Source of the DNA: Thermodesulfobacteriota bacterium
Lineage (GTDB): Bacteria > Desulfobacterota > Desulfobaccia > Desulfobaccales > 0-14-0-80-60-11
Assembly (NCBI GenBank): GCA_040757175.1
Contig: JBFLXM010000049.1
Coordinates: 29,532 to 93,531, forward strand
Length of the DNA: 64,000 bases
Direction of reading: 5' to 3'
This document shows positions 38,624 through 46,075 of the stretch, in pieces. The translations under genes and the position numbers were made by a program. Each line of letters begins with the position of its first letter. Position 1 is the stretch's first letter. Below the pieces are notes generated by a model. That model worked only from the letters and a program-made list of their open reading frames with translations, had not been told where the DNA came from and ran no database searches.

Positions 38624-38659
38624 TAGGGGCTCGACTTTGGTCGGCCCCTTTCATTTTTC
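38624..38659 (+). terminator. Intrinsic terminator forming the riboswitch expression platform
   Basis: AGGGGCTCGAC-TTTG-GTCGGCCCCT stem with one bulge, followed by TTCATTTTT. Confidence 0.7.
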
Positions 38660-38748
38660 CCGAAAATGGCGCAACGTTGGATGACAAATCAGAAACTCCC
38701 CAGCAGCAAGGCGGATGCCCTACCCAGGGATTTATCTACTTTAGGCAG

Positions 38749-39261
38749 ATGAGACTGATGATGCCGGCAAAGAAAAGGCCAGGGAAATCAAGGCGGGAAA
38801 CAGGCAGCGTCGTCATGGAGATGGCCCTGGTATTGCCCGTCTTGCTGTTGATGGTGGCCGGCACCATCGACATCGGCCTCCTTTTTTGGGAAAAGGAGGT
38901 CCTCACCAACGCCGCCCGGGAGGGCGCCCGGGCTGCGGCCCGGGCCCAGATCAGCGGCAGGCCGGAACAAACCACCAAGGCCGCGGTCATGGCCATAGTC
39001 CAGGCTTACCTGAATAATTACAACTTGCGGGATGATTCCGGGGTCCCCATAACCCTGGTGAATGGCACCAATTTTATCTACGAGTGGGACTTTGGCAATA
39101 ATCCTCCCATATTGTCAGTGGAACTCAAGGATATACCGGTCAAGATGCTGATGCTCCCCAATGTCAGCAAGCCATGTTGGGGGACATTCAGCAATGTTTA
39201 CTATTTAAACGCCAAGACCACCATGGCGCCGCAGTGGTTAAGCACTTTTCCCCCGACTTAA
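38749..39261 (+). CDS. TadE-like protein (Flp/Tad pilus pseudopilin-type)
   Basis: ETGSVVMEMALVLPVLLLMVAGTIDIGLLFWEKEVLTNAAREGARAA, a typical TadE N-terminus. Start inside track ORF 38506..39261. Confidence 0.75.
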   Translation: MRLMMPAKKRPGKSRRETGSVVMEMALVLPVLLLMVAGTIDIGLLFWEKEVLTNAAREGARAAARAQISGRPEQTTKAAVMAIVQAYLNNYNLRDDSGVPITLVNGTNFIYEWDFGNNPPILSVELKDIPVKMLMLPNVSKPCWGTFSNVYYLNAKTTMAPQWLSTFPPT

Positions 39262-39323
39262 GGTTTATTCATTTCCCCCGTTACTGGCCCAAGCCTGGGG
39301 GCGGAAAAAAGGAGGACAGGTTG

Positions 39324-40706
39324 ATGAAAAGGTTTAGGTTTTTTAGCGCTCCCCCAGGGGAACGGGGCTCCATTACCCCGATTGTCGCCTTGGGCCTGGT
39401 GGCTTTTGCCGGGTTTATGGCTTTGTCCATCGACCTGGGCCAGCTCTATCTGGTGAAGAACGAGGTGCAAAACGTGGCGGACGCCGCGGCCCTGGCCGCA
39501 GCCAAGAAGCTGATCCAGGACAAAAACGGCGACGGGGTGGCGGAAGTTTACTGCGCGGAGGCCATCCAGGCCGCCATTGACTACGCCAAAGAAAATTCCT
39601 CGTTCGGAGTCACTTCTCCCATCGCCATCACTGAGACCGATGTCACCATCGGCAAATGGAATCTGGCCACCAAGCAGTTCGACGCCACCGGCTGCACCGA
39701 CGGCACCACCACCGCCATCCAGGTAAATGCCGTGCAGGTGACGGTCAACCGGGCGGGGGGTGAAGGTGGCAATGACAAGGTGTCCACCTTTTTCGGGAGT
39801 GTGATGGGCGTGGGCACCCGGGATACAGATCCGGACACTTTGATAGAGACCGGTCCCCCCAAACTGAGCGTGGCCGCCTCCTCGGTGGCCATGCTGGGGC
39901 TGGCGGGCACCAGCGCCCTGGATCTCCCCTTCGCGGTGTCCACCAATTGGCCCGCGGGAGGAACGCCCACTGCCTCCAACGGCATCCACCGCCTCCTGGA
40001 GAAGTTCGCCCCCTCCCCGGCCTATGCCAGTGATCCCCAAACCTACACCTGGAAGGACCTGGGGGGCAGCAACCTGGACACCACCAGGGCCACCTTTGTC
40101 ATGCCCTTATACTCGGAGCGCACCAGCCTGACCAAACTGCAGCAGTACATCAAGGGGCCGACCGTTTCCGGAGGACTTCAGTATCCCCAGGTGACGGTGG
40201 GCCAGAAGGTCTATCCCATCAGCGAATATCTCTGGGGGTCCAATATCAAAAACAATTTCAACTACATGAAAACCCGGTTTACCGCGGTTGATAAAACCAA
40301 GACGAACGGCAAGTGGCGGGTGACCGCGGCGGTCTATAACACCACCCCGGTGACCTCGGCTCTGCCCCAGGATTCCTGGTATAAGCTGGCCTCCAGGCTC
40401 CTGCCCGGAGTCTCCCAGGCCCATGCCTGCATGTCTTACACCGTGCCTGCGGTCTATGTCCAGGGTTTCATCGAACTGGATGTGACGAATGTTGTCTGTC
40501 CTTCAACCTGCACCACCGGCGATCAATCGTATTCCACCAGTTGCCGTAACCAATGCTATGCCACGGTTGAGGTGCCGTTGAACCAGAACACCGTCAGCAC
40601 GGATAAGGGAAGCAACCCCATTCCTTATCAAAAGGATTATAAGGACATGAATTCCACGGCCAATAAGGTGGGAGTCTTTGCCTCGGTGCCGCGGTTGGTG
40701 AAGTAA
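39324..40706 (+). CDS. TadG-like large secreted/pilus-associated protein with a Cys-rich C-terminus
   Basis: ERGSITPIVALGLVAFAGFMALSIDLGQLYLVKNEVQNVADAAALAAA (TadE/G-like N-terminus). AAGGAGG RBS. C-terminal CPSTCTTGDQSYSTSCRNQC. Confidence 0.7.
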   Translation: MKRFRFFSAPPGERGSITPIVALGLVAFAGFMALSIDLGQLYLVKNEVQNVADAAALAAAKKLIQDKNGDGVAEVYCAEAIQAAIDYAKENSSFGVTSPIAITETDVTIGKWNLATKQFDATGCTDGTTTAIQVNAVQVTVNRAGGEGGNDKVSTFFGSVMGVGTRDTDPDTLIETGPPKLSVAASSVAMLGLAGTSALDLPFAVSTNWPAGGTPTASNGIHRLLEKFAPSPAYASDPQTYTWKDLGGSNLDTTRATFVMPLYSERTSLTKLQQYIKGPTVSGGLQYPQVTVGQKVYPISEYLWGSNIKNNFNYMKTRFTAVDKTKTNGKWRVTAAVYNTTPVTSALPQDSWYKLASRLLPGVSQAHACMSYTVPAVYVQGFIELDVTNVVCPSTCTTGDQSYSTSCRNQCYATVEVPLNQNTVSTDKGSNPIPYQKDYKDMNSTANKVGVFASVPRLVK

Positions 40707-40788
40707 TTAGATGTCGGGTTTGCCGGCGAGAGGCCTTACCCACCTCTCACCATTTTCTCCCTCCGGGCGGGGGCGGGAGAAGGCAAAC

Positions 40789-40829
40789 GGGGGAGACGGC
40801 CCTGGGGCTGCCTCCCCCGGGTTTTTTTT
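40789..40829 (+). terminator. Rho-independent terminator
   Basis: GGGGGAG...CTCCCCC stem followed by a T8 run. The T-run overlaps the stop of the convergent mgtC-like gene. Confidence 0.6.
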
Positions 40830-41505
40830 AACTAATATCCACCCGTTTGACGCCCTCCAGGTCAAAGACTTCCTGCATGGCCTGGCGCTGGGGGTGCACG
40901 GTGCGCTGCCTGAGCAGGAAGGTTAGGGTTACTTCCTTTTTCTCCCGGTCCTTGCTCAAACCGGAATCCAGGACCTTGAAGCCGTGCCGGTCGATGATCT
41001 CCCGGATGCGTTCCTCCTGCCCGGGCAGGTCCGCGGCAACCACGGCCAGCTCCTGATACCAGTCCCGGCGCAACCTTTTCTCCACCGGCTTCAACCCCAC
41101 GAGAGAAAGCACGGTAATGGCGGCCACCGCGCCGCCATAAAAATAAAAGCCCGCGCCGATGGTCAGTCCCACCGCGCAGACCACCCAGACGCAGGCCGCG
41201 GTGGTCAAACCCCGGATGGTGTCTTTGCTGCGGATGATTACTCCCGCCCCCAGGAAGCCGATGCCGGCGATGGCCTGCGCGGCGATGCGCCCCGGATCCA
41301 CCTGCAGGTTAATCCCCGGCACCCCGCCCTGATACTTGTGGAAGAGGTATTCGGAAATAATCATGATCAAGGCGGACCCCAGGGAGAGGAGGAGATAGGT
41401 GCGCACCCCCGCGGGCCGGCCGTGCACCTCCCTTTCCAGGCCCACGGCCCCTCCCAGGATGGACGCCAGGATCAGCCTAAAGATGATTTCCAGGTCAGTG
41501 ATCAT
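40828..41505 (-). CDS. MgtC/SapB-family membrane protein
   Basis: ILGGAVGLEREVHGRPAGVRTYLLL motif, C-terminal ACT-like domain. Confidence 0.85.
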   Translation of the reverse strand: MITDLEIIFRLILASILGGAVGLEREVHGRPAGVRTYLLLSLGSALIMIISEYLFHKYQGGVPGINLQVDPGRIAAQAIAGIGFLGAGVIIRSKDTIRGLTTAACVWVVCAVGLTIGAGFYFYGGAVAAITVLSLVGLKPVEKRLRRDWYQELAVVAADLPGQEERIREIIDRHGFKVLDSGLSKDREKKEVTLTFLLRQRTVHPQRQAMQEVFDLEGVKRVDIS

Positions 41506-41605
41506 CTTTGCATCCTAGTGGTCAGGTTTGAAAGCAATTTTTCTAACAAAAAACCGGTTAAAAGAAATCCTTGTTCCCGTTTTGGGATCATGTTATGTTG
41601 TTGCC

Positions 41606-41899
41606 ATGCGGGTCATTTCCCGAAAGACCCTCAAGGAATTTTGGGAACAGCATCCAGAGGCGGAGCAGGCGCTCAGGGCTTGGTATGCCGATGTCAAGAG
41701 AGCCGTTTGGAAGTCCCCGGCCGATATCAAAAAAGTCTACCGGAACGTTAGTTTTGTGGCCGGCAACCGCGTGGTTTTTAATATCAAAGGCAACACTTAC
41801 CGCCTGGTGGCGATGATTCACTATGAGTTTGGCATTGTCTTTATTCGCTTTGTCGGGACCCATGGCGATTACGATCGTATTAATGCCGCCACGGTCTGA
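41606..41899 (+). CDS. higB: Type II toxin HigB (mRNA interferase, HigB_toxin family)
   Basis: MRVISRKTLKEFWEQHPEAEQALRAWY...FNIKGNTYRLVAMIHYEFGIVFIRFVGTHGDYDRI. Start inside track ORF 41528..41899. Confidence 0.8.
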   Translation: MRVISRKTLKEFWEQHPEAEQALRAWYADVKRAVWKSPADIKKVYRNVSFVAGNRVVFNIKGNTYRLVAMIHYEFGIVFIRFVGTHGDYDRINAATV

Positions 41900-41914
41900 C
41901 CGGAGGTCAAAATC

Positions 41915-42292
41915 ATGAACATCAGGCCCCTTAGGACGGAAAAGGACCACCAAGCTGCGTTGCAAGAGGTGGAGCGTCTTTTCCATGCCTCCCCCAACAC
42001 GCCGGAGGGTGACCTCCTGGAAGTGTTGACCACTCTTATCGAGGCTTATGAAGATAAACACCATGACATCCCCTGGCCGGACCCCATAGCCGCCATTCTC
42101 TATACTATGGAGAGTCGCGGCCTTGCCCGCCGGGACCTGGAGCCATACATCGGCAGCCGCGCCAGGGTTTCCGAAGTCCTCAGCCGGAAGCGCCCGCTCT
42201 CCATTGAGATGATACGAAAGCTCCATGCCGGTCTGGGCATCCCCGCGGAGGTCCTGATCCAGCCTTATCCGTTGGCAAAGTCTGCCGCGTGA
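41915..42292 (+). CDS. higA: HigA-type HTH antitoxin
   Basis: Lies 15 nt after higB. IRPLRTEKDHQAALQEVERL...LSRKRPLSIEMIRKLHAGLGIPAEVLI (Xre-type HTH at the C-terminus). Confidence 0.8.
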   Translation: MNIRPLRTEKDHQAALQEVERLFHASPNTPEGDLLEVLTTLIEAYEDKHHDIPWPDPIAAILYTMESRGLARRDLEPYIGSRARVSEVLSRKRPLSIEMIRKLHAGLGIPAEVLIQPYPLAKSAA

Positions 42293-42373
42293 AATCAAAA
42301 CTTCGCCAGCTCCCCTCCGCCGCTTCCTGCGTGTGCCTATCCAGATGATCCACCCTAAAACCGAAACCTGTAT

Positions 42374-43177
42374 CTACACCCCCCAGACGGCGATGCCGGC
42401 CCGGTCAGCCTCCTTTAGCATCTCGGCCATATTGAACATCAGGCTCTTGCCCGCTTCCACGGCCAAGGCCGCGGCCTTCACCTCCGCCATGGCCTGGATG
42501 GTCTCCCGGCCCACCGCGGGGACGTCAAACCGCAAATCCTGGTTGGGCTTGCTCACCTTGACCACCACCGTGCCCGCCCCGGCCAGCAGCCCGCCCCGGC
42601 GGATGGTCGCATCCGTGCCTTCAATGGCCTCCAGGGCCACTACCACCTGGCGGCGCACCACCACGCATTGGCCGATATCCAGGCGGCCGATTTCCTTGGC
42701 CAACCTAAACCCGAAATCGATGTCCTGGTGTTCTGCGGGGGTGGGGGCCCGGCGGCTCAATTGGCCCGGAGAGGCCAGGATTTCTTCCATGAAGAGGGTG
42801 GAAGGCGCGATCTGGATGCCTTCTCCCTCCAGTTCCGCGGCCACGGCCCGGAGCAGCCGGTCGTCCTGGCCCCCCCCCACCCGGCGGATGAGGCTGAGGG
42901 CCCGAAAATCCGGGCGGAAGTGGCGGAAGAGGCGGCCCCGGGTGATGCCGCCGGCCATCACGGCCCGGCTAACCCCCTCTTTTTTAAAGATGCGGATGAT
43001 CTTGCCCAACTGGCCTACGTAAATCCAATGGCACCGGTGCACTAGAGACGCCAGCGCCGGGTCAGTCTCATCCCGATGCGCCACGGCAATGACCTGGAAG
43101 CCCTGATTTCTGGCGGCCTCCGCAAAGAGGAGGGGGAACTGGCCCTTACCCGCGATTAAGCCGATGTTCTCGGACAT
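42374..43177 (-). CDS. lpxI: UDP-2,3-diacylglucosamine diphosphatase LpxI
   Basis: [23 protein letters not shown]-terminus, DUF1009-like. Follows lpxA. Confidence 0.8.
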   Translation of the reverse strand: MSENIGLIAGKGQFPLLFAEAARNQGFQVIAVAHRDETDPALASLVHRCHWIYVGQLGKIIRIFKKEGVSRAVMAGGITRGRLFRHFRPDFRALSLIRRVGGGQDDRLLRAVAAELEGEGIQIAPSTLFMEEILASPGQLSRRAPTPAEHQDIDFGFRLAKEIGRLDIGQCVVVRRQVVVALEAIEGTDATIRRGGLLAGAGTVVVKVSKPNQDLRFDVPAVGRETIQAMAEVKAAALAVEAGKSLMFNMAEMLKEADRAGIAVWGV

Positions 43178-43961
43178 CCGCCGGCAACAGCCCCCGTTCT
43201 GAGGTTTCTATGAAGCGGAGCAGATGTTGGACTTCCGGGACCTGGGGGAATTCTTCCCGGACCCGGTCTAGAGCTTCTTTGAGGTTGTACTCCGATAGAA
43301 AAAGCAACTCATAGGCCCGTTTCAGGCTCTGGAGAGTGGCGAGGCTGAAACCCTGGCGCTTCAAGCCTACCTGGTTCAGGCCCACCAACTTGGCCCGGTT
43401 GCCCACGGCCATGGCGTAGGGCGGCACATCCCGGTGCACCGCGGAGCAGCCGCCGATAAAGGCGTGGCGGCCGATGCGCCCGAACTGGTGCACCGCGGAC
43501 AAGCCCCCCAGGATGGCATGGTCTTCGACAATGATGTGACCGCCTAAAGTGGCGGCATTGGACATGATGATCCTGTTGCCCACCCGGCAGTCATGAGCCA
43601 CGTGGGTGTAAGCCATAAACAGATTATGGTCGCCGATGCTGGTGACGCCGCCGCCACCCCCGGTGCCCCGGTGCATGGTGGCGAATTCCCGGATGGTGTT
43701 GTTATCGCCGATGACCAGCCGGGATTCTTCCCCCTGGAACTTCAGGTCCTGGGGGATCTCTCCCAACACCGCGAACTGGAAAATGCGGCAGCGGCAGCCG
43801 ATGGTGGTAAAATCCCGGATTACCACATGGGGGCCGATTTGGGTTTCCGGGCCGATGACCACCCGGCCTTCAATAATGGAGTAGGGCCCCACGGTTACCC
43901 CCGGGCCCAGTTGCGCAGCTCCATCCACGATGGCGGTGGGGTGAATCTGGGGCACGGTCAT
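43146..43961 (-). CDS. lpxA: Acyl-ACP--UDP-GlcNAc O-acyltransferase LpxA
   Basis: IHPTAIVD start, hexapeptide repeats, lpxD-fabZ-lpxA context. Confidence 0.9.
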   Translation of the reverse strand: MTVPQIHPTAIVDGAAQLGPGVTVGPYSIIEGRVVIGPETQIGPHVVIRDFTTIGCRCRIFQFAVLGEIPQDLKFQGEESRLVIGDNNTIREFATMHRGTGGGGGVTSIGDHNLFMAYTHVAHDCRVGNRIIMSNAATLGGHIIVEDHAILGGLSAVHQFGRIGRHAFIGGCSAVHRDVPPYAMAVGNRAKLVGLNQVGLKRQGFSLATLQSLKRAYELLFLSEYNLKEALDRVREEFPQVPEVQHLLRFIETSERGLLPADVREHRLNRG

Positions 43962-44413
43962 TCTCCTTCCGCGCCCACTGAGGCCATGAGCTCCGCCTCA
44001 GTCACCACGACCTGGTTTACCAGGGCCTTCCCTTGCATCTTCCAGAATTTTTTGCCGCTGCGCAGGGTTTCTAGTTCCATGATCAATTGGTCCCCGGGAA
44101 CCACGGGTTTGCGGAAACGCACCTTGTCGGCGCCCAGGAGGAAGATGGCAGGATTTCCCAGATTCTCCGGGGTGGACAGGAGGGCCAGGATTCCCCCCAC
44201 CTGAGCCATGGCTTCGATGATGAGAACCCCCGGCATAATGGACCGCCCGGGAAAGTGACCCTGAAAAAAGGGTTCATTAATGGAGACGTTTTTCATCCCC
44301 ACGATCCGTTTTCCCAATTCTACGCTGAGGATACGGTCCACCAGGAGGAACGGATAGCGGTGGGGCAGGATGCGCTGAATCTCTTCCACATTCAGGGATT
44401 GGGGCTGGCTCAT
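43958..44413 (-). CDS. fabZ: 3-hydroxyacyl-ACP dehydratase FabZ
   Basis: [18 protein letters not shown]...PGVL motifs. Confidence 0.9.
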   Translation of the reverse strand: MSQPQSLNVEEIQRILPHRYPFLLVDRILSVELGKRIVGMKNVSINEPFFQGHFPGRSIMPGVLIIEAMAQVGGILALLSTPENLGNPAIFLLGADKVRFRKPVVPGDQLIMELETLRSGKKFWKMQGKALVNQVVVTEAELMASVGAEGE

Positions 44414-45453
44414 TCTTGGCGCTCCTCAGCGGTCTTGGCGGCCAGTTCCGTTACTCGTTTCTCCAGTTCCTTCAGACGCCGGTAGATTTCCGGCAATTTC
44501 GCCAGGTGGCTGGTAATTCGCAAATTTTCCTGGTGAGGCCGGGCCGGGGAGCCGGAAACCGTTAAACCGGCAGGCAGGGAGTGGGGTACTCCGGATTGGG
44601 CCGCCACCTGGACGCCGTCTCCCAATTCGATATGGCCCAATATCCCCGCCTGGCCTCCCAGGGCCACTCCTTTTCCCAGTTTGCTGGACCCGGCCACCCC
44701 CACCTGGGCCACCAGGAGAGAATGTTCCCCCACCGTGACGTTGTGGGCCAGGTGCACCAGGTTGTCCATCTTCACGCCTCGCTCCACCCTGGTCTCCCCT
44801 AAGGCGCCCCGGTCGATGGTGCAATTGGCCCCGATTTCCACGTCGTCCTCGATGACCACGGTGCCCAATTGGGGAATTTTCTGGTGGCCCTCTTTCCCCG
44901 GCACAAATCCAAAGCCGTCGGCGCCGATTACCGTGCCGCTGTGGACGATGACCCTCTGTCCCAGAGTGCACCGCTCCAGGATGGTAACATTGGGATAAAG
45001 AAGGGTGTCGGCGCCGATTTGCACCTGATCTCCCAGAACGCAGCCGGGCATGATGGTTACCCGGTCCCCCAGCCGCACGTCGTTGCCGATGCAGGCCAAA
45101 GGGGAGATAGAAACCTCCTGGCCTATTTCCACCCTTTCACCCAAAAAGGCCAGGGGACTGACGCCGGGCCAGCGGCTCCGGGGTGGTGCGAACAGTGCTG
45201 CCGCCTGGGCATAGGCCAGGTAGGGATGGGGCACGATGATCAAAGGTCGCGCCAGATCCGCCTGGTCGGGACCGACAATGAAGGCCGCGGCCCGGCTCTG
45301 GGCCGCCAGGCGGGCGTAACGCTTCTGGGTGATGAAGGTGATATCCCTTGGGGTGGCGCGATCAATGGCGGCAATACCCTGAATTACCAGGCCTTCAGGT
45401 CCCTGGAGTTTTCCTCCCAGCAGGGCCGCCAATTCACCAAGGGTGCGTTCCAC
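44410..45453 (-). CDS. lpxD: UDP-3-O-acylglucosamine N-acyltransferase LpxD
   Basis: N-terminal uridine-binding domain plus a long hexapeptide-repeat region, with matching context. Confidence 0.9.
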   Translation of the reverse strand: MERTLGELAALLGGKLQGPEGLVIQGIAAIDRATPRDITFITQKRYARLAAQSRAAAFIVGPDQADLARPLIIVPHPYLAYAQAAALFAPPRSRWPGVSPLAFLGERVEIGQEVSISPLACIGNDVRLGDRVTIMPGCVLGDQVQIGADTLLYPNVTILERCTLGQRVIVHSGTVIGADGFGFVPGKEGHQKIPQLGTVVIEDDVEIGANCTIDRGALGETRVERGVKMDNLVHLAHNVTVGEHSLLVAQVGVAGSSKLGKGVALGGQAGILGHIELGDGVQVAAQSGVPHSLPAGLTVSGSPARPHQENLRITSHLAKLPEIYRRLKELEKRVTELAAKTAEERQE

Positions 45454-45461
45454 GGTGGAGG

Positions 45462-45974
45462 TTAACGGCCAAAGCGGCTGCGCACTTTCTCAGTGATGTC
45501 CAGTGCCGGACTAAAAAACAACAAGCCGGAAAGGCGTCTATCCAGAACCAAATCCAGCTTGTTTTCCTGGGCCACGGCATTAACCGCCTGTTGCAGTTTA
45601 TTCAGCAGGGGCTCCTTTTCTTTCTGTTCCAATTGCGCCAATTGCTTGTCTGCCTCCTGCACCCGGCGCTGAAATTCACTGGCTCGTTTGTTGAGTTCTT
45701 CCTGGCGCTTTTTCTTGGCATCTTCCTTCATAACCGCGGCCTGTTTCCGGAAGTCCTCCACCATGCGCCCTATTTCTTGATCCTGTCTTTGTAGGTCTCT
45801 ACCCAATTCGTCGCTTTTACGCTTGAGGATATCTTGAATCTTTTTCCCTTCCGCGGATTTTCCCAGAATGTCGCTGCTGTCCACCACGCCTATCTTGACA
45901 TCCGCGGCTCCTGCCAGCAGCGGCATCAGAACCAAACTCAGGGTTAATAACAAACCAACGCCTAGTTTAACCAT
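45462..45974 (-). CDS. skp: OmpH/Skp-family periplasmic chaperone
   Basis: Signal peptide plus a K/E/Q-rich coiled coil. Located between bamA and lpxD. Confidence 0.8.
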   Translation of the reverse strand: MVKLGVGLLLTLSLVLMPLLAGAADVKIGVVDSSDILGKSAEGKKIQDILKRKSDELGRDLQRQDQEIGRMVEDFRKQAAVMKEDAKKKRQEELNKRASEFQRRVQEADKQLAQLEQKEKEPLLNKLQQAVNAVAQENKLDLVLDRRLSGLLFFSPALDITEKVRSRFGR

Positions 45975-46075
45975 TTAAAACCTCCCGATATTTGCCAAGA
46001 TAATCACCTCTAACAGGTGATTCTCAAAAACTGTTCCCACCTTACCTTACCGGCAACCGACCTGGGGTACTTGGA

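Noticed and set aside
38666-38752. 28-aa ORF (MAQRWMTNQKLPSSKADALPRDLSTLGR) between the riboswitch terminator and tadE, ending in an ATGA overlap
   Set aside because: It has no RBS and no Flp-pilin-like hydrophobic segment or G/XXXXEY motif. It may be a chance ORF. It is worth a glance only if ribosome profiling is available.
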